NCBI GenBank assembly: GCA_021463645.1
Contig: JAJTYI010000005.1
Coordinates: 64,680 to 128,679, forward strand
Direction: 5' to 3'
Source of the DNA: a bacterium
GTDB lineage: Bacteria > Patescibacteriota > Dojkabacteria > B142 > OLB20
Length of the DNA stretch: 64,000 nt
Of the stretch, positions 47,407 through 57,327 are shown in pieces. Position numbers and translations under genes: made by a program. The first letter of the stretch is position 1, and each line of letters begins with the position of its first letter. The notes beneath the pieces were generated by a model. The model saw only the letters and a list, made by a program, of their open reading frames with translations, did no database searches and was not told the DNA's origin.

Positions 47407-48708
47407 TTAAGGGAGAGAAACTGTGTAACTCGCAAGTTTAATATTTTCAGCCAACTGCAATTGCCCATTTGAAAGATAAGCATTACCTGGAATTGTTGAA
47501 ACTACTATTGGGTTTGTCGTTTGTGCCTTGATTGTGAAACTACCCAACACTTGATTATTTGGAATGTATCCAGACATAGTTGAAACGTCTACACAAACTT
47601 CATTTGTAGTGATTGCACTATTAGATGTATTACACGTACCAATTGTTAGTAAATTACCACCGGCTTCTACAAACGAACCCTCAACAATTGATGCGCCTTG
47701 GACCTTTAGGCGAATCTGATAACTGGTAACATAGCCTGTGATATTTGTGTTCGGAGGTTGTGCCATAATAGCAACTTTAAACTCACCATTAGGTGACGTT
47801 TTAAAAGTTGAGGGGAACAAACTCATAGCTGCTGGATTACTAGCTGGTGTTGGGGTTACTCCCACACTAGAAGGAGCAGGAGTAACAGTTGGAATTACAA
47901 CAGAAGGCACTGGAGTTGGCATTTCTGTTACTTCCAATTCATCTGTCGGTACTACTCTCGCAGGTAAAATATTGATTTGTGCAGACTCTACTGCTTTAAT
48001 TGCGTATGTGTCATAGTATACATAACCCACCACTTTGACCGTACAAACACCAGGATTTAGCAATTTAAGTACTAATACGGCATCGACCCCAATCGATGGG
48101 CTCCAACCCGCTTCACAATCCCCTGTCGCTGACCAATTCCAGTCTACGCCTTTATACGCAGCATTTACTTTTCCATCCAAAGATATTCCCACAGTATAAT
48201 CTTCTCCAAGATATGCATCGCCATTTGTAAGAAGTTCGGTATCAACAGTACTTTTTATCTTTAAAACTTTCTGATAGAACACTACCGTTTCGGTTTTTCC
48301 ATTAACTGTTACGTTTACAGTAATCTTACACGAGCCAACAGTATTAAATCTTCTCGAAGTAGCTACTTCCTGAGTATTCGGATATCTTTTGACAACACCG
48401 CAGAAATTTATTTTCCAATCTGGCAAGTCATTCGTATTATTTACACCTGTGTACCTAAAATATAAAGGCATGGCCTCCCTCACTGGAATATACTGCGGTT
48501 TAGTATACTTTACATTCCCTTTTTGGACATTATCATAAACAGCTGCTGAAGAGTCCTCAACTTCTGTGAGTCCTGTTGTGATTCCGTCCCCGCTTCCCTT
48601 CCCAATCATATATCCAATTGAAGAAAAAGTTATAACACTTAGTACGACGATGAAAGTGATAAGAGCTTTTACTTTATTCGGTTCGATTGTATTTTTCATA
48701 AAAAACAA
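47407..48708 (-). CDS. Membrane-anchored or secreted protein with Cys-paired beta-sandwich repeats and a Pro/Thr/Val linker (433 aa)
   Basis: N-terminal hydrophobic anchor. W.INFCG...GSCKITVNV and WNWSATGDCE...GVCTVKV motifs. Linker TEMPTPVPSVVIPTVTPAPSSVGVTPTP. Confidence 0.7.
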   Translation of the reverse strand: MFFMKNTIEPNKVKALITFIVVLSVITFSSIGYMIGKGSGDGITTGLTEVEDSSAAVYDNVQKGNVKYTKPQYIPVREAMPLYFRYTGVNNTNDLPDWKINFCGVVKRYPNTQEVATSRRFNTVGSCKITVNVTVNGKTETVVFYQKVLKIKSTVDTELLTNGDAYLGEDYTVGISLDGKVNAAYKGVDWNWSATGDCEAGWSPSIGVDAVLVLKLLNPGVCTVKVVGYVYYDTYAIKAVESAQINILPARVVPTDELEVTEMPTPVPSVVIPTVTPAPSSVGVTPTPASNPAAMSLFPSTFKTSPNGEFKVAIMAQPPNTNITGYVTSYQIRLKVQGASIVEGSFVEAGGNLLTIGTCNTSNSAITTNEVCVDVSTMSGYIPNNQVLGSFTIKAQTTNPIVVSTIPGNAYLSNGQLQLAENIKLASYTVSLP

Positions 48709-48762
48709 ATATTAATAATATGAGTATAATTTACTACCATTCTTCTGCAGTTGCAAAAATTT

Positions 48763-49707
48763 TTACTTGGAAACTAAAATATCAGCACCTTTAACTTCTT
48801 CTACCATATCTTCTAATTCCGCTACTATCTGGTTAAGCTTTGGGGATTGATTCTCCATCCCGATATGCGATTCCAATTCTACTCGAATTTCATGATTCTT
48901 GAGATTGAATCTTTTTAAAACGGCAAGCTTGTCTGGAACATTTTTTAATTCATTTTTAATTAGGTCAATTACTTCTTCGAAATGGATTACACCAATCACA
49001 TCATCTCCCTCAAGTGGCAAAGTGAATCTATCTTGTACAAAAACCCCTGCGAAATTATCAACTATCTTAAGATTAAGATTCTGGCTATTTAGATCTGCTT
49101 CTAATCTATCATTATCGAGCTCAGTATATGAGTAATCCTCTAACATGACACCTTCACCATCAAACATGAAATATTTAAAAACTTTTATAGATACTGAGTT
49201 TTTTATAGAATCCATACCGAGGAAGTTTTGTTCCCATATATCGGAAACCTCTTCTGACTTTGCAATAAGAATGTATACACTTTCTTCAGGATTTGACGTA
49301 TCAACCACTATCCACTTTACAACAACACTAGAGTCAAATAGTTCATATCTAAGTCTTACCTGAAGTGTTTCACTTAAAGATTTTACCAAGTCGATATAAG
49401 TGACTAACCTGGACCAATTGTGATCTAACTTTAATTTTTGATCAAGAATATTTGTAATTGTGTCAATCCTACCCAAAGATTGAGTTGTAGAAACAATATC
49501 TCTATCGAAAAATGCATCAGGAATATCCTCAGAGTAACGATTTACCACCCATCTTTGCTCTTTACAAAGATTGATTATCATCCCTTCTGTATCTATGGCA
49601 GATTCGTTTGGAAAAATTTTTAACTGATCTAATTTATGGACTCTTTCTCTTGTTTGTCTTCGTTTGTCTATCAGAGAAGTTTTATCAAAATTACTCAGTT
49701 TGTCCAT
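48763..49707 (-). CDS. Hypothetical protein (314 aa)
   Basis: ORF only. It overlaps the upstream TatD gene by 17 nt, which suggests an operon. Confidence 0.6.
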   Translation of the reverse strand: MDKLSNFDKTSLIDKRRQTRERVHKLDQLKIFPNESAIDTEGMIINLCKEQRWVVNRYSEDIPDAFFDRDIVSTTQSLGRIDTITNILDQKLKLDHNWSRLVTYIDLVKSLSETLQVRLRYELFDSSVVVKWIVVDTSNPEESVYILIAKSEEVSDIWEQNFLGMDSIKNSVSIKVFKYFMFDGEGVMLEDYSYTELDNDRLEADLNSQNLNLKIVDNFAGVFVQDRFTLPLEGDDVIGVIHFEEVIDLIKNELKNVPDKLAVLKRFNLKNHEIRVELESHIGMENQSPKLNQIVAELEDMVEEVKGADILVSK

Positions 49708-50551
49708 GTGCTAGAAAATCGTAGATTAATTTAATATTTGATGCTTCATTTATTTTAGTCTTTGAACCTCGCGGTTGCAAAAAAGGTGCATCTGTTTCTA
49801 GAAAAATATTATTTTTATACAAATCAAGAAGTGCTTCAAACTCGCCAGCAATTTCATGAATACAAAATCTTAATTCTTCGGCTGATTTGTAAGTTGCAAT
49901 CCCATTAACTCCTATTGCAAAACCACTATCAATAGCATTCTTTGCATCATTAAGATTTCCTGTAAACGAGTGAAAGATCCCAAATAAGTCCAACCCACTC
50001 TCAAGAATAAACTTCAAGCAATCATCTAGTGAATCGCGGTGATGCATTGTCAACGGGAGACTGTATTTGCTAGATATCTCAAGTTGTCCGATGAACAATT
50101 TCTTCTGAAGAGATTTACTTCGCTCTTTTTCCTCATCAGTAAGGTTTTGCTTTTCTATCCAATAATAATCAAGTCCACACTCACCGATCATTAAAACATC
50201 TTCTTTGTTTTCTTCAACTAATTGTGCAAGTTCGCGTAATAGTTGGTCAATCTTTTTCTCATCGATACTATCATCATACAAATCCGACCCAGGAACAACT
50301 ACTTCCGGATCTATTCCGACAGTTGGGAAAATTATTTCAGGAAATTTCTTGTGTTTTTGCAGGGTTTTGAGAGATGTTTCCAGGTCAACTGCAACATCAA
50401 CCATATAATTCACTCCATTATCTTTGGCTCTTTTAACTGTGGCGTCAAGCTCATCATCAGAAAGGCTCATCAAATGAGTATGGGTATCGAACAAAGAGTC
50501 AACATTACCAAATTTTTCCTCAAAGTATTGGAGTAACTTAGAGTTTTTCAT
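49691..50551 (-). CDS. TatD-family metal-dependent hydrolase (DNase)
   Basis: FDTHTHL, GECGLDYY, LTMHHRD, GIFHSF and LETDAPFL motifs. Confidence 0.9.
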   Translation of the reverse strand: MKNSKLLQYFEEKFGNVDSLFDTHTHLMSLSDDELDATVKRAKDNGVNYMVDVAVDLETSLKTLQKHKKFPEIIFPTVGIDPEVVVPGSDLYDDSIDEKKIDQLLRELAQLVEENKEDVLMIGECGLDYYWIEKQNLTDEEKERSKSLQKKLFIGQLEISSKYSLPLTMHHRDSLDDCLKFILESGLDLFGIFHSFTGNLNDAKNAIDSGFAIGVNGIATYKSAEELRFCIHEIAGEFEALLDLYKNNIFLETDAPFLQPRGSKTKINEASNIKLIYDFLAHGQTE

Positions 50552-50562
50552 TTATAGTGAGA

Positions 50563-52470
50563 TTAATCAGTAGAATCTTTCTCAGCCAAGACTTTTTCGG
50601 GATCGAGTTTGTCAAACAGAAGTTCTACTTCACTGAGTTTTAGATGTGTGATTAGTTGCCTAGTACAATCCTCATCAAATACTGATTTCCACATATCTGA
50701 ACCCATTTCAGTTTTAATGGTTTCTCGTCCCAACATTCTTAATAATTTGCCAGATGTTTCCGGCATGAATGGATACATTATTATTGAGAGATCATACAGG
50801 ACATTTACTAAATTTAATAAAATTTCCTGAGCCTGGTCTTTCCCATCTTTGCCTTCTTTCACACGCTCCCAAACTTTCGTTGCATCAAAGTATTGATTTG
50901 CTAATCTCGAATAACCCATAACTGTGTCCAATGCATTAACTAGCCATGGTCCATTACTTCCATTTTGAAGTTCAGTAAAACGATTTAAATATTCAAATTG
51001 TTCACTTCCTAGCCAATTGTTTATTTCTGGATTATAAACCATATCCTTTTCTCCTGATTCCCTTTCCTTTTCCGTTATACCCTCAAAAAATAAGAAAGCT
51101 TTCGTTTTTATCATAAGCTTCAAAGCTGTTTGACTCAGAGTCATATCTGGCTTGAAATTTTCAGATTCTAATTCACCATTAAATTTACTATTAATAAAAG
51201 TCAATGTTCTATTCACAAGATTTCCGAGATTAGCTACCAATTCATTGTTTACTGAAGCCACAAAATCCTCCCAAGTGAAATTTCCTTCTTTATTTTCTGG
51301 TAAATTTCTAGCAATATAATATCGAACCAAATCAACACCATATTTCTCTGCAATAACCTTGGAGTCTATTGTCCAGTTTCTGCTTTTACTGAATTTTTTG
51401 CCTTCGTAATTCAAAAACTTATTAACTACAACAAACTTTGGTAGTTGATATCCATCATCTAAACCCATCAATTGACCTGGCCACATCAAAGCATGAAAGA
51501 CAAGATTATCTTGACCCATAAAGTTATAGATTACAGAATCGGAACTTTTCCACCAATCTTCCCAATTTCTGCTCTGTCCTTCGTCTCTTTTGAAAATTGT
51601 GTCACTAGTTCCTTCTTCCATCTCACACCAAGCTCTCGTAGCTGAGAGATATCCAATCACAGCCTCAAACCAAACATAAATATGTTTGCCTGCAAAATCT
51701 TTCAATTGTTTGCTTTCGTCACGCTTTTTGATTTCTTCAATCGGTAAATCAATACTCCAATCCATATCTCGTGTGATTGCCCTCCTCTGTAAACCTTCTT
51801 TTAGCCATCCATTTGCTTCGTTCCAAACCCATTTCTTCCAATTTTCTTTATTTGCATCAAGATATTCGCGCAACTGCGATTCTAATTTCTCAAAATTCAA
51901 GAAGTAATGTTCTGTATCCTTCAAAGTGACTTTTGAACCAGTTAATTTACTCACTGGGTCAATGAGCTCTCCATCTTTCAACCATCTCCCACAGCTTTCA
52001 CATTGATCGCTTCTTTGGTTGCCTGCATTACAGTAAGGACAGGTTCCTTCGACATATCTGTCGGGTAGAAATTGATTATCATCAATTGCGTAATATTGTT
52101 GCATTACGCCTTTTTCGATATAGCCGTTATCCAACAGTTTCAAGAAAACCTCGTGTACCACTTCTTTGTGTTTTTGAGTGGTTGTCTTTGTGTACAAGTT
52201 ATAGTCTAGTCCGTACATCTTGAAAAGTTCTAAATCTTTCTTATGATACATATCGACGACCTCCTCTGGTTTTAATCCTTTTTTGTCGGCCTCAACGGTG
52301 ATTGGTGTTCCATAACAATCTGAACCAGATACCATTAAGACATCATCACCTTTGAGTCGATGAAATCTCGCAACTATATCTGCAGGAAGCAAATACCCTC
52401 CCAAATGTCCAACATGTATATCACCATTAACATATGGCCATGCTACTCCGATAAGAACTTTTTTACTCAT
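50563..52470 (-). CDS. metG: Methionine--tRNA ligase
   Basis: PYVNGDIHVGHL (HIGH-type), the zinc knuckle CPYCN...CESCG, and KFSKS (KMSKS-type). Confidence 0.95.
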   Translation of the reverse strand: MSKKVLIGVAWPYVNGDIHVGHLGGYLLPADIVARFHRLKGDDVLMVSGSDCYGTPITVEADKKGLKPEEVVDMYHKKDLELFKMYGLDYNLYTKTTTQKHKEVVHEVFLKLLDNGYIEKGVMQQYYAIDDNQFLPDRYVEGTCPYCNAGNQRSDQCESCGRWLKDGELIDPVSKLTGSKVTLKDTEHYFLNFEKLESQLREYLDANKENWKKWVWNEANGWLKEGLQRRAITRDMDWSIDLPIEEIKKRDESKQLKDFAGKHIYVWFEAVIGYLSATRAWCEMEEGTSDTIFKRDEGQSRNWEDWWKSSDSVIYNFMGQDNLVFHALMWPGQLMGLDDGYQLPKFVVVNKFLNYEGKKFSKSRNWTIDSKVIAEKYGVDLVRYYIARNLPENKEGNFTWEDFVASVNNELVANLGNLVNRTLTFINSKFNGELESENFKPDMTLSQTALKLMIKTKAFLFFEGITEKERESGEKDMVYNPEINNWLGSEQFEYLNRFTELQNGSNGPWLVNALDTVMGYSRLANQYFDATKVWERVKEGKDGKDQAQEILLNLVNVLYDLSIIMYPFMPETSGKLLRMLGRETIKTEMGSDMWKSVFDEDCTRQLITHLKLSEVELLFDKLDPEKVLAEKDSTD

Positions 52471-52516
52471 GATGTTTCAAAATGATAGTCGATTATAGCA
52501 AGAAAGATCTTGTATA

Positions 52517-53410
52517 TTAAACCTCCATGCTTTGTGACATCTTTAATTCCTTTTTATAAACCACTAATTCGTTTATGAGTGATTCTATTGACTCTGTTTT
52601 ATCTACTCCATAAAGGTCTTTTGCTACCTCAGCCATTCTTATGAATTGATTAATTGCTCTTGCGGCTTGTCTCTTATCATCTATTAAATTGACATCTATA
52701 TCTTTAATACCTTGTAAATTGATCTCACCACCTCCTCCTGGAACTAAAATAAGATCACCCTTGTCGTTAAAATAAGAAAGTCCATAATGTGTATTTAAAT
52801 TTTTACGATTATTATCCCTATACATAATTAATCTTAAATCGTGAACATTTTCACTAAGTCTTGGATGGTGCTTATAGATCAAATATTTATATATAGAAAA
52901 ATCGAAACATACACCATCGCCTCGTTGCATGTTTTCTACCCATTCATTTACTCCATAACCCCTTATTCCGGCATAAGTTAATCTTAAGTATCGAGAGAAA
53001 TCCAATGCCCATTCATCTTGAAAGTGTAAATCTTGTATAGCATTTTTAAATGTTTTAAAGTTTTCCCTAGTTCCCAACATATCATTAACTGTAGCCGAAG
53101 ACATACCATCGGAGATGCCCATTCCTCTTTCTTTATAGACACAATGTACGGCACCATTGACAACTTCAAAGGAAATTAATTCATCACCCCTTTGACCAAA
53201 CTCATTACTGGCTACAAACTCAGGATCAATACCATCTAATAGAGCAGCTTTGCCCTCTTTTACTTTTACAAGTTCAACTACTCTTATATTCCTGTATGCG
53301 TTGAAAACATAGAAATGATCAGTCTTCGGGAGTTCTTGGCCTCCTAAGGCTTCTGTTACTAACTGATTTATAGGTACTCCTTCACCTATTGGATTTGTTT
53401 CTAACTCCAT
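52517..53410 (-). CDS. Hypothetical protein (297 aa)
   Basis: ORF only; no motif recognised. Confidence 0.6.
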   Translation of the reverse strand: MELETNPIGEGVPINQLVTEALGGQELPKTDHFYVFNAYRNIRVVELVKVKEGKAALLDGIDPEFVASNEFGQRGDELISFEVVNGAVHCVYKERGMGISDGMSSATVNDMLGTRENFKTFKNAIQDLHFQDEWALDFSRYLRLTYAGIRGYGVNEWVENMQRGDGVCFDFSIYKYLIYKHHPRLSENVHDLRLIMYRDNNRKNLNTHYGLSYFNDKGDLILVPGGGGEINLQGIKDIDVNLIDDKRQAARAINQFIRMAEVAKDLYGVDKTESIESLINELVVYKKELKMSQSMEV

Positions 53411-53882
53411 TCATATAAAAATCCAAATTAAAAACTACTTCCACCGTCACCAACAAAACAGCAGTAATCAACACAGTATACCACTCCAAAGCACCCATCA
53501 AACGTAACCCCACGAATGCAAAAATCAGAAAATACAACATAATACCCCTTCTGATTGCTGGTTGAATTTTGGGGGATTCAAAAAACTTCCTAAAGAAAAG
53601 TTTATCAATGAATAAATGTATCGAAGTAAAGAAGGAAATAACAAACCCTGCCATTATTAAAATCCAGGCTGTCAGGATTCCTACGTCTAAGAATTCCCAG
53701 GCAATTCCAAGTTCGATACTTCTTTGAATAACCTCAAGAAGTTCATCTTCTTCGGTGATACCATAACGCTGAATAATATTATCTAAACCATCAACGTTGA
53801 AAGGAGAATAATTGAAACTAATAAACAGTAACAATGTCCCAAAAAATATAGCAATCAGTAGGGAGAGCAGACCCCTTCGCAT
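53382..53882 (-). CDS. Hypothetical membrane protein (166 aa)
   Basis: Four hydrophobic segments. Overlaps the downstream gene by 29 nt. Confidence 0.55.
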   Translation of the reverse strand: MRRGLLSLLIAIFFGTLLLFISFNYSPFNVDGLDNIIQRYGITEEDELLEVIQRSIELGIAWEFLDVGILTAWILIMAGFVISFFTSIHLFIDKLFFRKFFESPKIQPAIRRGIMLYFLIFAFVGLRLMGALEWYTVLITAVLLVTVEVVFNLDFYMNGVRNKSNR

Positions 53883-53896
53883 TTTATGAGTAAATG

Positions 53897-54835
53897 TTAG
53901 TTAATTTCAAATAGTTTATCGTGGTAATCGAAATATTTCCCTTGATCACCTGCACAGCGAGCTGCATTTGCTGCAGAACGAGCACTTGGGTGAATATTTT
54001 CAAGAGGAAAATCACGATAAATGTATCTTGCTTTACCTGTGTCCACGAATTTTTCTTTTGCTTCTATCAATACATCATTTGCAAAAGTCTGGCAGTAAGG
54101 GCATTCATAATCACTAAACTCCATCATCACAATCTCGCCGTCTCCTTGTGTAAGCCCATCACCAGCATTTAGTTTCCTTACTACATAATCAGTATTAACA
54201 CTTGTTGTCTGTTCATTGATATATCCCTCAACAGCACTTTCAAGTGCATCACCTGTAAGTGATCCTCCTTCGGCGGATGCATAATATTCACGTACCTGGG
54301 GTGCATATTCTTGTACACTATTTTTTAAATAATCAGTCCAATATTTGTTTACAGAAGCAACATCTTCTTTTTCAAGTTTTCTTATGAGCGTTTCTAATTC
54401 TTGGATTCTTAATCCTCCTACGTAAAACCCATCAAATTCTTCACCATTGCCTTTTCCGAGGTAAAATGAGGGTGTTCCCTGAACTCCAAATTTTTCTCCC
54501 GCTGCCAACTCACTATCTATTACATCATAATAATTTTCGCCTTCAACGCATTCCTGGAATTTTGTCAAATCCAATTCCAAGTCCTGTGCGTATTGATCAT
54601 AACAACCCTCACCAAAACGGTTTTCCCCAGAACAATCACCTGCAACCTCTCCAGTTGCATTCTCTGTGTCTGACGATCCAAAGGAGAAACCATTTCCGGA
54701 GAATAATATTGCCATTGATATCAAAACGCCACCAAGTAAAATGCTTCCCGCATTAAGTAATACTTTTGAATCGGTGGGCTTTTTGTGTTTTGGAGGTGTT
54801 TCTGTAACTATTTCCTCTGTTTTTTCTTTTGCCAT
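53897..54835 (-). CDS. Membrane-anchored DsbA/BdbD-like thiol:disulfide oxidoreductase with apparently permuted segment order
   Basis: The CxxC active site FSDYECPYCQTF and the ...HPSARSAANAARCAGDQGKYFDYHDKLFE block lie at the C-terminus. The normally C-terminal block (LDLTKFQECV...GEKFGVQGTPSFYLG) lies upstream of it. Confidence 0.7.
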   Translation of the reverse strand: MAKEKTEEIVTETPPKHKKPTDSKVLLNAGSILLGGVLISMAILFSGNGFSFGSSDTENATGEVAGDCSGENRFGEGCYDQYAQDLELDLTKFQECVEGENYYDVIDSELAAGEKFGVQGTPSFYLGKGNGEEFDGFYVGGLRIQELETLIRKLEKEDVASVNKYWTDYLKNSVQEYAPQVREYYASAEGGSLTGDALESAVEGYINEQTTSVNTDYVVRKLNAGDGLTQGDGEIVMMEFSDYECPYCQTFANDVLIEAKEKFVDTGKARYIYRDFPLENIHPSARSAANAARCAGDQGKYFDYHDKLFEIN

Positions 54836-54864
54836 ATTATTTTTATAAATGTCTAATCACTATA

Positions 54865-55815
54865 TCATAAATTATTGTAAGTTTGCTTCAAGAGCAACGC
54901 ATCATACTCCAGTATCGGGCTTTCGCACACTAAATATCCTCCTACTTCTCTATCCTTTAGCACTTGCAGTAATTCCTTCCATTTGAAACCAGCGTCTATT
55001 GTTTTTCCTTTTTTTTGTAACTCATTGAAATATTTTTCAATTCCTTCAACCACTACGCCTATTTCTTTGTACTCTTCTGCACCTTGAAGGAAAGTTAAAT
55101 GATGTTTTTCACCCTTTTCTCCATAATTAATAGCCGAGACATGCATATGCAATTTCTCCAGAAACTCCTTTCCTAAATTCTTTTCAATTAGGCTTAAAAT
55201 TTCATCAAACTTCTCGTAACCATTATATTCGCCATTTGATCTAGCAAATTTATGTGCAAAATCAATACAAAAACGTAAATTTACGTTCTTAAACTCTTCT
55301 GACAACTTTATTAACTCCTCAATATCTCCGAACTGAGTGGGTTTCCCTGTAAGTTCTGGTGACAAAGTTATTTCTCCTTTCTGTACAGGATGATTTTCAT
55401 ATTTAGGCTTTTCAAATTCTTCGTATATCTTACTAAACGCCTTCTTAACTTTTTCATAAACAATTTTCTTATCCTCCCTTTGATAAAAAGCAGGATGGAA
55501 AGTTACGCTTTTTGCCCCACACAACCCCCCTATATAAATTGAATCGGTAATATATTTAATACTACCGTAAAATTTCCGATTATCATCTGAAGCCAAATTT
55601 ATATAGTAAGGACCGTGGATTGTAAGTTCAATTTGGGATGATTCTCTTGTTTTATTCACCAAATCTGCACTCTCTGCTGTCATCTTCACACCATACACAA
55701 ACTCGATCTCCATTAAATCAAGTTGCAACTCTTTAACTCTTACTATTCCTGAAACGGTATTGTTCTTTTTTGAGGTCAATGGGACTCCACCGACTCCGAT
55801 ATTTAGTGTTGTCAT
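54865..55815 (-). CDS. Endonuclease IV-like / xylose-isomerase-like TIM-barrel protein
   Basis: IHGPYYINLAS, VTFHPAFY, CIDFAHKF, LHMHVS and CESP resemble the metal-ligand blocks of AP endonuclease family 2. Confidence 0.6.
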   Translation of the reverse strand: MTTLNIGVGGVPLTSKKNNTVSGIVRVKELQLDLMEIEFVYGVKMTAESADLVNKTRESSQIELTIHGPYYINLASDDNRKFYGSIKYITDSIYIGGLCGAKSVTFHPAFYQREDKKIVYEKVKKAFSKIYEEFEKPKYENHPVQKGEITLSPELTGKPTQFGDIEELIKLSEEFKNVNLRFCIDFAHKFARSNGEYNGYEKFDEILSLIEKNLGKEFLEKLHMHVSAINYGEKGEKHHLTFLQGAEEYKEIGVVVEGIEKYFNELQKKGKTIDAGFKWKELLQVLKDREVGGYLVCESPILEYDALLLKQTYNNL

Positions 55816-55851
55816 GATTATTTGATAAATTTGGGAATTTATAGTGATATT

Positions 55852-56076
55852 TTAATCTAAATCACTATCTTGTATCAAAATGTTTCCTTCCAAAACTGGT
55901 TTCATTGTTAATTTCTCTATACCAAGTTCAGGGGAAATCGGAGTATCATCAATCTTTTTAACTAAATCAACGTTTTGCCCTGTGATTGATGTATAAAACT
56001 GATATGCAATAAAAACCAGAACCTCAAGAAAGCCTATCAATACCATTGTGTACCAAGTTTTCTCACTCTGCAACAT
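55852..56076 (-). CDS. Small single-pass membrane protein (74 aa)
   Basis: One hydrophobic helix. Overlaps the upstream gene by 14 nt. Confidence 0.4.
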   Translation of the reverse strand: MLQSEKTWYTMVLIGFLEVLVFIAYQFYTSITGQNVDLVKKIDDTPISPELGIEKLTMKPVLEGNILIQDSDLD

Positions 56077-56692
56077 CTTCGTAGTAGTAATAATTAATTT
56101 TCATAACCAAAAGAGAATCTCCTCTATTCGCTGGTAAGTTTTGACTGCGTACATCTTTATTCCCGTAAATCATGCTTTCCACAACGAACGGCATGGGAAA
56201 TTCTTCCATTTTCTTCATGAATGCACCCAAACTAGGAATGGTACCTTGCACACTAATTGTCAATGGTACTTGTTTTAGTCTTTTCTTACTTTCAACATCA
56301 GATTCTATCGTCGCAACGGAATCCTCTGAAAAGTCAGCATTAAAAAGATAAGCATTGTTTTGTGCGGCAATTTCTCCAATATTAGCAAGAATATATTCAT
56401 CGTTTCGTTTGGATGGTAACGAAGACTCTAGAAATTGTATTTGCGCCTGTGACTGTTCTTCTTGTATTAATAATTCTTTTATATTTTTCTCCTTCTCTGT
56501 AAGTGCATTTAAATATTCTCTTCGGACTTCATTCTGTGCAATCTTATCTGTGATAGATTTAATCGCCGGAACTATTGCAAATACCAGCATGACTGCAACG
56601 GTGATTAAAGTCATTATGGCAATAAAGTATGTTTTGCCTTGTTTAGTTTCTAAATATTCTCTGAGTTGTGATGTACTTGTTTTTAACTGCAT
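56063..56692 (-). CDS. PilO-like bitopic membrane protein (type IV pilus assembly-like)
   Basis: Short N-terminus, one TM (YFIAIMTLITVAVMLVFAIV), a coiled-coil (EKEKNIKELLIQEEQSQAQIQFLES), then a ferredoxin-like tail. Only the architecture resembles PilO. Confidence 0.4.
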   Translation of the reverse strand: MQLKTSTSQLREYLETKQGKTYFIAIMTLITVAVMLVFAIVPAIKSITDKIAQNEVRREYLNALTEKEKNIKELLIQEEQSQAQIQFLESSLPSKRNDEYILANIGEIAAQNNAYLFNADFSEDSVATIESDVESKKRLKQVPLTISVQGTIPSLGAFMKKMEEFPMPFVVESMIYGNKDVRSQNLPANRGDSLLVMKINYYYYEDVAE

Positions 56693-57252
56693 TAGAATAA
56701 TACCTCACTTCGCATAGGTAAATTATTTAGCTTAGATTTAATAACGAAACTATCCGTGCTATTTCCTTGTGATTCAATATTAGATAATTCAGTTTGAGTG
56801 AACAGACTAGAATTTTTGAAACCACTCTCTATCGTAGCTATTGTCTCAGTACTAGCAAAACCACGAATTGTAATCTCACCATTCACAATTTGGATATTTA
56901 GTTCCTCTACAGCTAATGGAATAATCTTTGAAACCTCTAAGTATACATTACTGATATATGGTGTATTCCTCCATAACTGCTCATACAAAGCTATCCGGTC
57001 TTGAGTAGATCGAAGTCTTGTTTCGCTCTCTTGTAATACGGACATTATTTCTTCTTTTACGGCGATGTCCTTGTTGAAGTTTTTGAATTGTAGATCTACC
57101 ACGACTCTGAAACCAAATGCTACAACAATGATTAATTCTACCAAGACCATAATTGCTCTTGCAGTGGTAGTGGTCCACTTGTAGATTTTAGTCCATATAG
57201 TTTGTGGTTCTACTTGAGTTTTGAGAAGGTTAAAGCCTTTTTTTTGAACCAT
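56692..57252 (-). CDS. PilN-like bitopic membrane protein
   Basis: FNLLK... N-terminus, one TM (AIMVLVELIIVVAFGF), then a coiled-coil. It overlaps the next gene by 1 nt. The call rests on architecture only. Confidence 0.4.
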   Translation of the reverse strand: MVQKKGFNLLKTQVEPQTIWTKIYKWTTTTARAIMVLVELIIVVAFGFRVVVDLQFKNFNKDIAVKEEIMSVLQESETRLRSTQDRIALYEQLWRNTPYISNVYLEVSKIIPLAVEELNIQIVNGEITIRGFASTETIATIESGFKNSSLFTQTELSNIESQGNSTDSFVIKSKLNNLPMRSEVLF

Positions 57253-57327
57253 GACTGGGCAGTCGAATAATATTTGCTATCAGTATAGCGAATTTCAAGA
57301 GAAAAGTAGAACTATTTTATATCCAGC

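Noticed and set aside
37901-52470. Clustering of three class I aaRS genes (cysS, valS, metG) within 15 kb as a functional unit
   Set aside because: They lie on different strands, separated by unrelated genes. In a small, gene-dense genome this is most simply coincidence.
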